Counted from the first letter of the stretch, positions 12,751 to 26,484 are shown. The stretch: DNA of 64,000 nucleotides from Mobula hypostoma (GCF_963921235.1 NC_086107.1:101930001-101994000), one strand, 5' to 3'. Program-made: numbers and translations. The notes: generated by a model not told the origin, from the letters alone.

Positions 12751-13789
12751 ATATCATGTAAATCTGGGTCTGGATTTATTTGTTCTTAAATCTATCAAAC
12801 TGATATGGAAGTCCTGTAATCCCATAGCACCAAATTCTGACTATCACAGCTGCTCAAGGCACAGAATTAGTACAGATCACCAGCTGCTAATCTCAACAGT
12901 GTAACTTCCTCAAGTTCTGAAACAAAATATCCTTCCGAGTGAAATGTCAATTAAGTGCCGTGCAGAAAACCAACTCAATGGTCACCTATGTTATCAAGTA
13001 ACTGTGATGTTAGGAACTGTGGTCGATGATGGTTTGAATAAAACTTTTTACACATTAACTACTGACAGAAAGAATGTATATATGATCTTCCAATCTTACA
13101 ATGTGCTCTTCCAATTCCCAAACTTTTGTCCCATTAGTATTTAAACCTCGACCTTGTCTTTATTTGTCTATGCCCTAACCTTTGGAATTCTTTCCCTAAT
13201 CTTCTCTACTTCCCTATGAGTTCTAGCTTAAGGTGCTTCTTCAGACTTAACCCTTTATCCGAGCTATTGCTACTTGATCTCTGATTACTTCCTATTCTCT
13301 ACGGGTTAGAAGAATGAGAGGAATTTACAATATTGTGACAGAGTTCAGTACCAAGATCAGAGAATCAGAATAAGGGTGAGCTGATTTAAGACTGAAATGA
13401 GGAGAATTTTCTTCACACAAAGAGATGTCAGAGTTGAATAATGTTTCATGGAAGTAATATGTATTGGAGAGAGTGGAACACTGATGAGCAGCATGTAGTC
13501 ACTGTAATAATGCCGGAAATGTACAGCAGCTTCCAACAAACAGCAATGTAATGATATCTGATCATCTGTAAAGATAATATAATCACCAAGTATTTGAAGA
13601 AAGTTGTTTAGTCAGAGATTGATTAGAATGTAGAACTTGCCACTATCTTGTTTTGCTGAGACAAATAACATTGCTACCGTTTAAGGGGCAACTGATTATC
13701 TCCCTCTCCCAATACATGCTGACCAACTTTAACAGATATTCAACATTTCAATAAAGAAATTTCCTTCCATGCTTTCAAGTTTCTTATTA

Positions 13790-14790
13790 ATCTCATTGAA
13801 ATTACCAGAAAATGTGCAAAGGAACCAAATCTATTAATAGGATTGCCAACAGGAAAAGGTTTGGAGGATATGTAAAACAGTTCAATGACCAAGATCAAAA
13901 TGTAGTCCTAGAGGCAGAAGGCATGGCTGAGGTTTTACTGCAAAGGAAAAAGATGCTGCTGGACTCTCAGCACAGGAGGATTAGTTGGGGAGAACAGTTG
14001 AGATTCTGAATGCCAAGCTTTGATAAAGGTGAAGTATCAGAAAGGATATATTACCTACTTCGGGTAACTGAAATGGATGGAGAGGTAGATGAAATTCAGT
14101 TAGGAATAATAGAAAGTGTTAAATTTTGATAGTAAAAATGAGAAGAGGCAATACAAGGTAGAAAATGAAATTCTAACAATTGGAACAGAAACAAAGGCAG
14201 CTAAGATACAACTAGATGGTTTGTTGATAGTTGTAGAATAGATTGAGAGAATGAGTTAAAAAGCGTATTAGATCCTGGGCTTTTAGACTAAGAGCAAGGT
14301 TGTTCTGACTAACTTTTATAAACTCTGGTTCAACCACAGCCAGACCAATGTGTCCAGTTTCTGCAAATGTTTTGGAGAAACTGGCAGAAAGAATTTACTA
14401 TAAAAATTCCAGTGATGAAGAACTTAAGTTGTATGGATAGATTGAAGAAAAGTTGGTTTTGATCCCATTGGAAATAGAGGAGGTTATGAGAGGATCTGAC
14501 AGTTAGAGAAACTATCCTTAATGAGAAAATAATCACAAATGTGATTGGCAACTGAACCATATGTGTCATGAAGTAAAATTTGTTATGATTAGTGAATGCT
14601 TAGGATTTGGAGTTCTCTGTAAGGGGTGTAAAACTTATTTGTAATATTCAAAAGGGAATTGGAACAGTACCTCAAAGGAAATGCTTTGGTTAACTATAGA
14701 GAGGCCTCAGACTGATTGGATTATTTTTATTTAGAATTAGTACAGTCTTGATGGACTGAATGGTTCGTTTCCATGTTGTAATCAGTCTGT
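13790..14790 (+). mobile_element. Highly degenerate CR1 fragments
   Basis: Scattered CR1-like motifs (tttataaactctggttcaaccacagc...tgtccagtttctg; ttgatggactgaatgg). Confidence 0.5.
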
Positions 14791-15109
14791 AATTCTGAAC
14801 CGGCAAAACTCTGGCATAATCTGCACTAATGTATTTCCCAACTTTTGCTGTTCTGATATTAGGTACTCCACTATTGATAATATCGCTATCAGTTTCACAG
14901 GCCACAACTTTTGGAATTAATTTCCTAAAGCTTTCCTTCTCCCCATTCTTGTAAATTGCTCCTTTGGGCAGGTTATTGGTCATCTGTCTTGATATATTTG
15001 GTGTTAACTTTGTTTGGTAGACACTTCCGTAAAATGCTTCAAGACAATTTATGGTGGAAAGCATATAGGTTTTTACTGCAGAATAGTTGGTATTTAGAAA
15101 TATGAAAAT

Positions 15110-15605
15110 ATTGGAACGATTGTAGAGGATACTGATTAGGCCACAGCCGGAGTGCCATCCAAAGTTTTAATCCTCTTTTGCACTTTCTTCAAATCTGGCA
15201 TTGAAGGAAGTCTAAAAGAGATTCACTGGATTTAAGGATTATCACAATATTAGATCTGTAATCTTTGGAGTTTAGTAGAAAGAGTTTATTTTATTGGAAC
15301 AAATAAAATCCTGAGGGGACATGACAGGATGGATTTTGAAATGTTTCCACTAGTAGGAAAGTCTCAAACAAGGGGAGATAGTTGCAAGATTGGAGGCAAA
15401 AGGAACTTCCTTTCACAGACGATTGTGGAAGCTAGATCATTGGGGATATTTAAGAAGGGAGCAGATACATTTTTGAATAACAAGGAAACTAAGGGCTATG
15501 GCACAATAGAAGTGAAACCTTGGGCAGATCAGCATGATTATATTGAAAGGTGAGGCAAGTTTGAGGGGCCGTGGCTACTCCTGCACCTGTTTTCTTATTA
15601 TGTAA
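15110..15605 (+). mobile_element. Degenerate CR1 3' fragment
   Basis: ctgattaggccacagccggagt...aaaatcctgaggggacatgacaggatgga...ggctactcctgcacct. Confidence 0.6.
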
Positions 15606-17771
15606 TTCATGTATCATACAGTGAGCAAGTTTCAGTTGGCTATACATAATCTCTCTGTGTTGTCTAATATCTATGAGGGCAGTCTGTGTCTGAGAGCAGG
15701 ACACACAGCTCAGGCACTCATTAAAAGTAATTACTTTTATCTACACCTCCACAAAATACAGTGGGAGGTGGCAGCTGCAAAGTATTGTTTAACAAAATGT
15801 AGGAAATTCTCTCAGATGAAATTGCTAATGTACCACTGACCACTATACACCATTTCATAAAAATGCAGATGCTAGAATTCTCCAGTAAAACACTTAACAG
15901 ATCAGATAGCATCTGTGGGCAAACAAAGTTAGCATTTCAGGTTGGAGAGAGTTAAGGAGAGAAAGGACAAGTGAGTATTTCTGATAGCACACTGTTCCCT
16001 CTGTTCAGTCAATATTCTAACTGTTGTCCAACTTATGAATGTTGATGTTTTCCTTAATTCTTCTCAGCAGCAATGGTATCACTCAGTGTTCACACTCTCA
16101 TTTGTGGATTCAGAGAAGTCAGCATAAAATATATGGCAGCATCACACTACAATACTGAAGAAATGTAATACCCATATTTTGGTTGGTACTTCCAAATGTG
16201 GCCCTTAAAATACTGAGGAGTAACTTACTTAATCAAGAGGAGGAACATTCATTGGCAACTGAAGATGTAAAAAAAATGAAGATGCTAAGAAATCTGAAAT
16301 TAAATATAAAAAGTTGGAAGCAGTTAGCATCTGATGTAATCTACCTATTGATGTTTCCAGCATTTTTGTTTTTGAATTGTCCCTGGTGTTCTAGCTAGCA
16401 TTTACAAAATCTAAATGTCAGGTTGTTTAGCTCTCTGCTGCTTGTGGGACCTTGCAGTTTTGTTTCCCAATATCACAACAGTGAACAAGAGGAGATTAAT
16501 GCCTTCAACTTTCATTAGGATTTCTTGAGCTTGTGCTATAGACCTATACAGGTATTTTCTTCACATGCTGAACTGCCCTGTTAACAATAAACTATTTTTG
16601 TTAACTGATTTAATTATGTGGCTCATAGAATAATAATCCCGGGTTAAAATTGTGTTTTTTATTATTGACTTGCCCTTGTAATCGTCTCAATTGCACAAGA
16701 ATGCATCAGATGAAAGGTAAAATAGGATGTTCAGTTTATGTACAAATAATAAGGGTGGTTTTGCATAGGAAAAATACTTTCACTTGGTTATTTGTGTATA
16801 CTGATGCACACATATGGATCTGAACCTGTTATTTGTAATAACAGAAGAATGAGTAATGTTTATGTAAATATTCTGGTTAACTGTGGTAGAATTATAGTGA
16901 AAGAAGTTCTCCCAGTATTAATGCAGAGCTGATATATATCTCAACATTGACTTGCATGTCAGCAACTCTGTAGTCATAGCTAATTCTGCACAGTGGCTAA
17001 GTCAAAAACCGGAGATTAAAGTGCTATATACTTCTGGAGTAGCACTGACAGCGAGTGTAGACATAAAAGGACAAAGCCTGCAAATGTCATTAATGGGAAA
17101 TGACTCAGAGCTGGATACAAATAGCAAGTTGCTCATTGCTTCAGCAAAGAGAAACATGCGTTTAGAAATTTCTGCATACTAATTACATTACTGAACTGGT
17201 AGTCCACGGGCCTGGATCCAGAGATGTGACTCTAGCTTCCAAAATGGCATCAGAAATAATTATATTCTATGAATTAATTAATTTAAGTGTTTTAACAAAG
17301 TAATCTCAGTAATGGTGAAAAAGGTGTTTAGCACATTAGCTTTCATCTCTGGGCATTGAGTGTCGAAGATGGGACATTGTAATGCAGTTGTAAAAGTTGT
17401 TGGTGAGGCCACTTTTGGTCTTACAATTTAGAAAGATGTAGTTAAACTAAAAAGAGTGCAAGCAACATCCCTTTTTAAAGAAATCTGTATTTACAGGGAT
17501 GTTGCCTAGACTAGAGGGAGAAATCATAGAGAAGTACAGCACAGAAACAGGCCCTTCGACCGGTTTAGTCCGTGCCGAAACCATTTAAACTGTCTACTCC
17601 CAATGACCTGCTTCTGGACCATCGCTCTCCATTTCCCTACTCTCCATGTACCTATCCAAACTCTCTTAAACATTGAAATCAAGCTCGCATGGACCACTTG
17701 TGCTGGCAGCTTATTCCACACTCTCACGACCCTCTTAGTGAAGATGTTTCCCCTCATGTTCTCTTAAACTT

Positions 17772-17827
17772 GGCAGAGCGGACTCAATGGGCCGAATGGC
17801 CTACTTCTGCTCCTTTGTCTTGTCTTG
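17772..17827 (+). mobile_element. 56-bp CR1 tail-only insertion with 7-bp TSD
   Basis: ggcagagcggactcaatgggccgaatggcctacttctgctcctttgtcttg nearly matches the CR1 tail at 42001-42058. TSD taaactt at 17765-17771 and 17828-17834. Confidence 0.85.
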
Positions 17828-18071
17828 TAAACTTCTCACCCTTCACCCTTAAGCCATGACCTCTGGTTGCAGTCCCATCCAACCTCAGTGGAAAAAAACT
17901 GCTTGCATTTACCCTATCTATACCCCTCATAATTTTGTAAACCTCTATCAAATCTCCTCTCAATCTTCTACATTCTAAAGAATGCAGTCCTAACCTATTC
18001 AATCTTTCCTTATAACTCAGGTTCTCCAGACCCAGCAACATCCTTGTAAATGTTCTCTGCACTCTTTCAAC

Positions 18072-19480
18072 AAACAAGAGAAAATCTGCAGACACGAGGA
18101 AATCTGCAGATGCTGGAAATTTAAGCAACACACACAAAATGCAGCAAGCCAGGCAGCATCCATAGGAAGAAGCACAGTCGACGTTTCAGGACCAGCATTT
18201 TGTGTGTGTTGCATGAAAACCTGTAGATGCTGGAAATTCGAGCAACACACACAAAATGCTGGAGGAACTCAGCAGGCCAGGCAGCACCTATGGAAAAAAG
18301 TACAGTCAAAGTTTCGGGCCAAAGCCCTTCGGCAGGACTGGCAAAAAAAAGCTGAGGAGTAGATTTAAAAGGTGGGGGAGGGGAGAGAGAAACGCCAGGT
18401 GATAGGTGAAACCTGGAATTGGAGGGAAGAAGTAAGGAGCTGGAAAGTTGATTAATGAGATGAGGTGAGAGAGGGAAAAGGGGATGGGAATTGAAGGCAG
18501 GGGTGGAGTTGGGGGCCATTACCGGAAGTTGAAGAAATCGATGTTCATGCCTTCAGGTTGGAGGCTAATTGATGTTCATGTCATCAGGTTGGAGGCTACC
18601 ACCCCACCAGCCTTTGCATCCAGCACATAATTCTCCGAAACTTCCGCCACATCCAACAGAATCCCACCACCAATACATCTCTCCCTTCCCCCCACCCCCA
18701 CCACTTTCTGCATTCTGCAGGGATCGCTCCCTACGCGACTCCCTTGTCTTTTCGTCCCTCCCCACTGATCTCCCTCCTGGCACTTATCCTTGCAGGCAGA
18801 ACAAGTGTGACACCTGCCCCTACACCTCCTCCCTCACTACCATCCAGGGCCCTAAACAGTCCTTCCAGGTGAGGCGACACTTCACCTCTAAGTCAGTTGG
18901 GGTCATTAACTGCGTTTGGTGCTCCCAGTGTGGCCTCCTATGCATCGGTGAGACCCAACGTAAATTGGAAGACCACTTTGCCGAGCATCTACACTCCATC
19001 AGCCAGAACAAGCGGGATCTCCCAGTGCTCATCCATTTTAATTCCACTTCCCATTTCCATTCTGATATGTCCATCCATGGCCTCCTCCACTGTCGTGATG
19101 AGGCCACACTTAGGTCGGAGGAATAACACCTTATGTTCCATTTGGGGAGCCTCCAACCTGATAGCATGAACATCAATTTCTCAAACTTTCAGTAAGGCCT
19201 CCCAACCCTCCCCCCCCCTTCTCCATTTCCCATCCCCTCTTCCCTCTCTCACCTCATTTCACCAATCAACTTCCCAGCTTTTTACTTCATCCCTCCTCTT
19301 CCATGTTTCACCTATCACCTGGTGGTTCTCTCTCCCCTCCTCCCACCTTTTAAATCTCCTCAGCTTTTTCCTCCAGTCCTGCAGAAGGGTTTCGGCCTGA
19401 AACATTGATTGTATTTTTTTCCATAGATGCTGCCTGGCTTGCCGAGTTGCTCCAGCATTTTAGGTGTGTTGCTGTGCACT
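18072..19480. mobile_element. Penelope-like element, inverted two-arm insertion with 12-bp TSD
   Basis: Minus arm to ~18568, plus arm from ~18569 encoding the GIY-YIG region (CVWCSQCGLLCIGETQRKL). TSD cactctttcaac at 18060-18071 and 19481-19492. Confidence 0.9.
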
Positions 19481-20859
19481 CACTCTTTCAACCTTGTTTA
19501 TATCTTTCCTGTAGACAGGTGACCATGATGCTTCAAGTTAGGCTTCATCAATGTCTTGTACAACTTCAACATAACATCCCATTCCAGAGGTTTGCCAGGC
19601 TAGGGCTTTATTCTTTGGAATATTGGAATATCTTGTAGAAATGTTTAAAATTATAAGCATAGATAAGGTGTTTGATTAAAAATATTTTCCCCAGGATAAG
19701 GGTGACTAAAATTAGAGGACGTGGATTTAGGGTGAGAGGGGAAACATTTAAAAGGAACCTGAAGGGCAGCTTTTTTCACCAGAAGGTGGTGAGTACATGG
19801 AAAGAACTACAAAAGTGGTGAGGCAAGTACAGTGGTATCATTTAAGAACCACTTGGATAGGTACATGGAGGGGTGAGACTTAGAAGGATATGGGCTGAAC
19901 CCAGGAAATTGGGACTAGCTAAGTGGACACTGAGGTCAACGTGGACTGACTGGGTTGAAGGGTCGAATCTGTATTGTATTGCTCTATGACTCTAACGATG
20001 AGCATGTAACTGCTAGATTGTAAAAAAAAATCTTATTCACTAACATGCTTTAATAAAGGAAAACTTCTGAACCTGTATATATCCCTAGGCTTACAATAAT
20101 ATGTTTACTCTTGATTGTCCTTTGAAATGTCCTGACAATCTATATGGATCAAAACATTAAATCAAAATAAGAATAAAAACAGACCAACGAAGATCAACTG
20201 GACAATGGATTAAAACAACGTTTGCCCCCAATCTTGTTGCCGTAAAAAGAAAATGTTCCTAATAGACATCAGGGAACTGGTATCTAAACTGGTAAAATTA
20301 TACCATGGTTTGGTCAAGCAATAGTTTAATATAAAACAGAAAATGGAGGCAGGGAACTCTCAAAGGGTCAGATAATGTCTGTGGAGAGAGAAATGGAGCA
20401 CAGCTCAATATACAGGTTGGCACCACACTGCAATATTGATGAGTTTTACACCCATCTGTGGATGGTGTTTCTAAATGTGGCTCTTAAAGTTCTAAGGAGT
20501 TTGTTAAACAAGTGTAAAGATTTTTCCTGGTAATCATTTTAGCTCAAAGACCCTTTCACATAATTGGGAAAGTGAGAAGAGTTCATCTTAAAATGCAAAG
20601 AGGATAGTAGAGTGATGAATAGAAAAAGGGAGCATCAGTGAAGCCAGTGTTGTAGCTGATTATCAGTTGTTGGAGGTCATGATTATTTCGTCATCATCTT
20701 AACTCCACATAGTCACAGGGAAAATGTTCAAATACCACCTAAGCAGCACCAGAGGTTTGGATCAAACTGGGATCTAGCCTGGATCACTGAAGGCTGCCAG
20801 CTGCTGTGCTAACTACTGTGCCAGCTCTTGGCTAAGCAATCCCACAATCCCACTATTTA

Positions 20860-21210
20860 TCATTGCCTTGCAAATTACTCCCCTCAAGTCCCTATTCAGT
20901 TCCCTTTTGAATATCCTGAATCATTCTATTGCCATATCTCTTAAGCAGTGAGATCCAGGCCATTATCACTCTTCACATTAAGAAAATTTTCTTCATATTC
21001 TCCCTGCACTTTTGCCCATCACTTCCAAACTGTGTTCCCTAATCTTTAAACTACAATCCAAAGGAAATAGTATCACTCTATCCACCATCATAAACTTGTT
21101 GTTGTGATCCTTTGCAGCTCTATAAAATCTCCTTTAAAACCGCTTTACAGCAAGGAAAGTGACCCTAGCTTCTACAGTCTGACCTTGTATTTGAGTTTCC
21201 CAATCCTAAG
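20860..21210 (-). mobile_element. Degenerate CR1 3' fragment
   Basis: Reverse-complement CR1 3' motifs (aaatctcctttaaaacc...ccctagcttctacagtct). Confidence 0.45.
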
Positions 21211-22207
21211 ATCCTCCGAGATGGATTTATGTGGAGTGAAGGCCTAAAATCAACGATAGGGAGGGAGAATTATTTTTCAACAAGGTACACAATTATTACC
21301 TTAGTCTGCCCAAGCGCCCAATATCAATTTAACTTGGTAATCAAATGTTCACACACTATTTCATATGAAGTCTCTGCTTGGACTCACAAATGAGACTCAA
21401 ATGCAGATACAGGGAAGATATAATTCCATGCCTGAAAAAACAAACAATAAGGAATGACATCCAGTACCTTTATCAACCAGGTTGTCCTTTTTGTCTTTGT
21501 TATTAGCAGGTAATATTCACAATAGTTTGGAAATCAGATTCAGAGGACAGGGTAGTGCAGCAATTGGTGACCATATTTAGATACAACATTCCCAATTGTG
21601 GTACAACCTATGGTTCATAATCATTCAACATAATCTCTAAGCATCTATTTAAGCTCCATGCATTTGTTTAGAAACCCCAAGGTACCATCTGCTTTTCTAA
21701 CTATGTCTCATCACATCTCGGCACTTGCGAAGAATCATGCACAAATATACCCTGGTACCTATGTCATCACACATTTTTAGAACTGTATCATTTGGTCATT
21801 TCAGTGTTAAAATTTATCTGCCATTTAAATGTCTATTTTGGAGCTCCGAACTATTGACTATACTTCAAAGTTGGGCTTCATCTAGAAATTTAGAAGTTTT
21901 ACCATACATGTCAAATCAATATCACCATATGTCAAAAAAGTGGTCCTAGGGAATATGCGTATGCTATCCTCCAGGTTCAGAAAAAAAAGATTTGATTCTC
22001 TTTTTGTCCATAAATCATTTCTTTTTATTCATGCTGCCTTTAAACTTTTTATTCCTTGAGTTTCAATTTTAATAATTAACCATTGGCACAGGAGAGAAAG
22101 ATAATAGGAAAAGAGGAGAAGCCACAAAATAGATAAAATTTTTGAGCAAATTATATTTTTTCTTGCATTGATATTTAACAAGCTTTTTTTTAATCCTTCC
22201 TTCCCAG

Positions 22208-22403
22208 GTGTATGCTGAGTAAAATGACGCAGCCGATCAGGGAACCTCTCCAGAGGAGGAAGTCACTGGGACCCATGTCCCCAAATGCTGCCAAGCGACT
22301 CTACCGTAACCTGTCCTTCAGGTTAAAGGGTAGTTCCAGCTCAGAGGAAGGCTGCCTCATCAAAAAAATTGAAAAGGAAAGAAGCAAGAAATCTTCTTCA
22401 ATG
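22208..22403 (+). CDS. ANKFN1: ANKFN1-like coding exon A (first visible; upstream exon(s) not identified)
   Basis: Polypyrimidine tract + cag acceptor at 22207, gtatga donor at 22404. Encodes CMLSKMTQ...PMSPNAAKRLYRNLSFRLKGS; SPNAAKRLYRNLS is the ANKFN1 N-terminal signature as I recall it. Confidence 0.85.
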
Positions 22404-23683
22404 GTATGAGTTCTTTTCTTGTGTTGGCCCATCAGTAGATCATTTACCTCGTGGAAGTCAGCAAGTATTTCTGAAAATAAATATGGATTCTTGTCAATTA
22501 ATTTCCTCGTACCATTACAGATTCTTACTGTAATATGAAATGCCATGTATATTATTAACAAGTATTTAGAGCTTATAAGTGGTCTGTGCGGTTCAATAAA
22601 TCAATGGTCATGTTTAAAGTCCAGTATCTTTGGATTAGTAAATTCTACAAAATCTTGTTCTTATAAATCTCAAATCTATAAAATGACAAAGATGGCAAAC
22701 CAAGGAACCAAAACTAACAGACTGCATTGTGTTGACCTATTTTCTCAACAACTAAACAAAATTTTAGCTTTACTTGTCAATGCTGTGTATGGATCGGTTC
22801 ACAACAAATGTAGAGGTGCTGACAACTCTGCTTTGCAATAACCCCAAAATATGTAATTACCCTGTAATTTCCAGTATAATATTACTTCAATATACCGCTA
22901 TTGAACTCACGCAGCACAGTTAGCAGCCTATGCGGTAAAATAGCACAAAACTATGACTCACTTATGAGTAAAATATCCCCGCAGTGTGAGTCATAGTACA
23001 TGGGTGAAGGATTCTGCAATGGTGTCAATCAGACGACCTGTTTTACTAGAATGCAATCTCCTCTGTTACTATAGAAACGAATCATAGCCAGATTTTCCTG
23101 CCTTCTTTCCATATGGTATCTCCATATAAACTGGATGTTGACATGGTGAGTTAGGTAAGTAACAATAATTGGTAGAAAATTTAGCAGAAAGGAGGCAAGA
23201 ACTTCAGAGGTCTCTTCAATATTAGTGATGGTAACAGGGGAATTTTATGGGGTCAGTAACCCTTGGCAGATTTTCAGAAGGAATTCTGTGAATCAGTACT
23301 TATTGGCAACAGTTAAAAGGAAATCTTTCAGTGAGTTCTTGGCAATAGTAGTTCTGAGTAAACGCAACAGTAATGGTTCATTGAACTCTTCACTATTACC
23401 AGTGGTTTAAAGGTAGCTTTGTGAGGCCAGCGCTTCTTCAGAGTGAATTTAAGCAATAAGCTAAATGGGAATAGTGGGTCAGTTCTTAAATAATCATCCA
23501 AAAGAAACCTGAAACACAGAGGGCATTCAGTGCTATCGACCAACTACTGTGGTTGTGACCCAGATTATTCAATGCAAGTAGCATTGAATTCCAATTTGGT
23601 CTCTGTATTTGCTTCAGAAGCTACATTTTAGGGTCATATTTTTATTGATTTTAGTGGAATTTAATATATTTTTTAACTTCTAG

Positions 23684-23888
23684 AACATTCAGTATGATTC
23701 GGTCTTTGATGCTGTGGAACATGAAGATCTCGACGCAGTTCAGCAGATACTTGAGCGTCCTGGTACACTCAACAACCTCAATGAGGCTACAAGCAATGGC
23801 CTGGTACCTCTGGATATTGCTGTCCTGACTAATAACATCTCAATGGCGAGCCTCTTAATGAATGCTGGAGCCAGGGATAACCATCAGT
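23684..23888 (+). CDS. ANKFN1: ANKFN1-like exon B, ankyrin repeats
   Basis: tag acceptor, gtgagt donor, phase 0 to 1. NIQYDSVFDAVEHEDLDAVQQIL...SNGLVPLDIAVLTNNISMASLLMNAGARDNHQ (ankyrin-type G-x-x-P-L-D-I-A). Confidence 0.92.
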
Positions 23889-24890
23889 GTGAGTAGTCAA
23901 AACTAGAACTAGGAATAGAGATTGCTAAGGGCACAGTCAAGAGTTAGTGTTGACTTTATAGGAAATACAATGACTGCTGTCATAGAATTGTGAGACTTCA
24001 ATGAAAGGCGAAAACATGTATTTGGTCATTGCCATATATCTGTTCTCCACTCATAGGGTCATTCTAATATCCCTAGTAAGTATCACCTATCCCTGCTATC
24101 CCCACTGCTTATCAATCTTGCTGAGGGCTGGACTTCCACTGTTAAGACATTGGGTGCTAATCAAGTCTTAGGAGGAAGCACACATGTCTCCTACACTCCT
24201 CACTCAGGTCCTTCTAATCTGTGGCCCTCTTAACTGATTTTACAATAGTGAACACCCCGCACCAACTGTTGACATCAGCACCCTCATGTGTCAAAACCGT
24301 GTACAGAGAATGTGTTTCTCTAATGTGCACATTGCTTTATTGTGCTTCTCTATGATGAGGACCCACTTTATTTATTTGTTTACTTATGATATGGACTCTA
24401 TGAGTATCGCTGGGACTTATTACCCTGGGGAGTGAGAAATGTGTGGAGCTAGAAAGTGGATAAGTTGATACAGCAGGAAGATCACACCTCCAAGTGTGAT
24501 CAAAGTTCTAAATTTGTTTCATAAAACTGGCACTGTCAGTATTTATTATCCATTGCTACTTCTTCCCTGAACTGAAGGAGGCAGTTGAGAGCCAACTGTA
24601 CTGGTGCAGCCAGCGCCTCATTCATGTAAAAGCAGACAGGGGTGGTAGATTTTCTTCCAGGAACCATCGGAGTTTTTAGAACAATCTGGTTGTTTTATGG
24701 CCACTGTTACCCAGACTTACCAAAAACTCTGTCTGCTGACTTCACCACTAGGCCACCATTCCCCACTTGATTGAAAGTAGTACAAAACCTAAGTAAATAT
24801 CCCTATTGCTATTCTCATCACCATTCTGTTTGTCACATCTATTTCCCTTAAACTCTACATGTTCTCTATGCTGACATGTTGTCCATCCAG

Positions 24891-25079
24891 TCGATGAAGG
24901 AAATTGGCCTGTGCATCTGACGGCAATAGTGAGCAATGCGGGACAAAAGATTTCCGAACTGACAGAACTCAGGAATGAAGAGTCAGAGGTTGATTTCCAT
25001 AACAAAACCCGAGCGCTTCGGACTTGGAGATTTCGATACAAGCTCTATAAGCAAATGAAACTTGCTTTTGACAATGCGC
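24891..25079 (+). CDS. ANKFN1: ANKFN1-like exon C
   Basis: cag acceptor, gtaagt donor, phase 1 to 1. (F)DEGNWPVHLTAIV...LRTWRFRYKLYKQMKLAFDNA resembles the ANKFN1 WEWRYRLYRRMKTGFEHA segment. Confidence 0.92.
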
Positions 25080-25714
25080 GTAAGTGCTTACATCTTTACC
25101 TGGAATCATTAGTTTTGTTTTTATTTAAAATTCCTTACATTTGTAAAACAATGTGTGTCCAAACTAGTCACCATTGTAACACTTCTTCCTGAGCTGCATA
25201 TCCTACCCACTGCTCTCTTTGCAGTGACCTTTGCTCTTACCCTAGTTAAATTACTTTGCAGTGTTCTGACATACAAAGGATCATAGCAGCTTGTGCTTGA
25301 TAGAGATAAGGTCACATTGAATTATGGAAGGAATAGTTGAATGAATGAGCAATCAATGGAGCAGTTCCATAAAGAGACAGTGAAGCAGTTCACATTGATT
25401 CATTAAGGGCAAATTGGATAGATTTCTTTGGGAAAATAACATTTTTGAGTACAGGCTGTCATAATATGAGACATGATAAGAGGCAAATGTAATATGCTAA
25501 GACGAACAAGTGACTATGGAGTTGTGGTTCCTTAATAGTTTCTCCTGATGGAGTTTTTGTCACGTCTCATCTGGGTGTGATGTAGACTAATTGATAATAA
25601 TTGACCATATGAATCAGTTAACAACACAATTCTCAGGTTACCGGGATGGGGGTTAGTAAACCTTGAACATTCTACTCCTTTATTCCTATGTACTGTTCGT
25701 AAGTTCGTTTTCAA

Positions 25715-26484
25715 GAATTCAAAGTACATTTATTATCAAAGTATATATAATACAACCTTGAGATTTGTTTCTTAAAAGGCAGCCACAAACCAAAGAAACC
25801 CAAAAGAACCCATATATTTAAAAAAGACTCAAACACCCAATGTGCAGAGAGAAAAAAAACAAATCATGCCCATAAAAAAGAACCCATATAAAAAGAAGAA
25901 CGTCAAACACCCAATGTGCAGAGAAAAAGAAAACACAAACAAATAGTGTTCTGAACTGAAATCTGCAAGAGAGTAAGATAGTTCAGTGCAGAGCAGAGTA
26001 AACCTCGTGGATCAGCGATCTGAACAACCCTTGTCTCAAGCTGCACCATCCTGATCTTTTCAATTTGGTTTAGCTCCTAAATCAATATTTAAATATCAGA
26101 TACACTCTGGGTCTTGGATCCCACCACCTCGATTCGGCCTGTAACCGACACTTCCAATTCGGCATGGCACTTCAATCTCCATACAAACATCGAGTTCAGT
26201 TGCATCAGTACCTGGACCTGGACCCCGCTGCTTTGATTCAGCCTGTAACCGATCTTTCTGATGTTGCATGGCACTTAAGTCTCCATCCAAACATCAAGGT
26301 CAGTTGTATTGATGCACTCTGGTGCGCAAACCTCGCCGCCTCAATTTGGTACCTTCGGCACAGCGCTTAAATCAATCAAACCTTGGGCGCTCCTTGCTCT
26401 CACCGATGCGCCTGCCAACTCACCTTGCCTTGCCTCGCCTCAGTTCTGTCACATAGGATTGCCTTCAAATCCAAAGGGAGTTCC
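25715..26484 (-). mobile_element. Non-autonomous element with Rex1-type 3' end
   Basis: attcaaagtacatttattatcaaag tail on the minus strand, no RT. Contains an internal imperfect tandem duplication at ~25802-25927. Confidence 0.45.

Larger units (their letters stand above)
17522..19580 (-). mobile_element. CR1 3' fragment (minus), itself interrupted twice
   Basis: ERVQRTFTRMLLGLENLSYKERLNRLGLHSLE; resumes after 19480. Confidence 0.85.
17320..19995 (+). mobile_element. Old CR1 3' part (pieces ~17320-17520 and ~19585-19995) hosting nested insertions
   Basis: The CR1 sequence ...gatgttgcctagactagaggg resumes at agaggtttgccaggctagggc; tail ctatgactcta. Confidence 0.7.

Noticed and set aside
12398..12904. 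168-aa ORF
   Set aside because: Overlaps an antisense V-SINE-like repeat; no recognisable domain or splice support.
24050..24700. Possible ancient SINE or conserved element in intron B-C (also ~28150-28700 and ~58070-58280)
   Set aside because: Looks non-random, but I could not match it to any family with confidence by eye.
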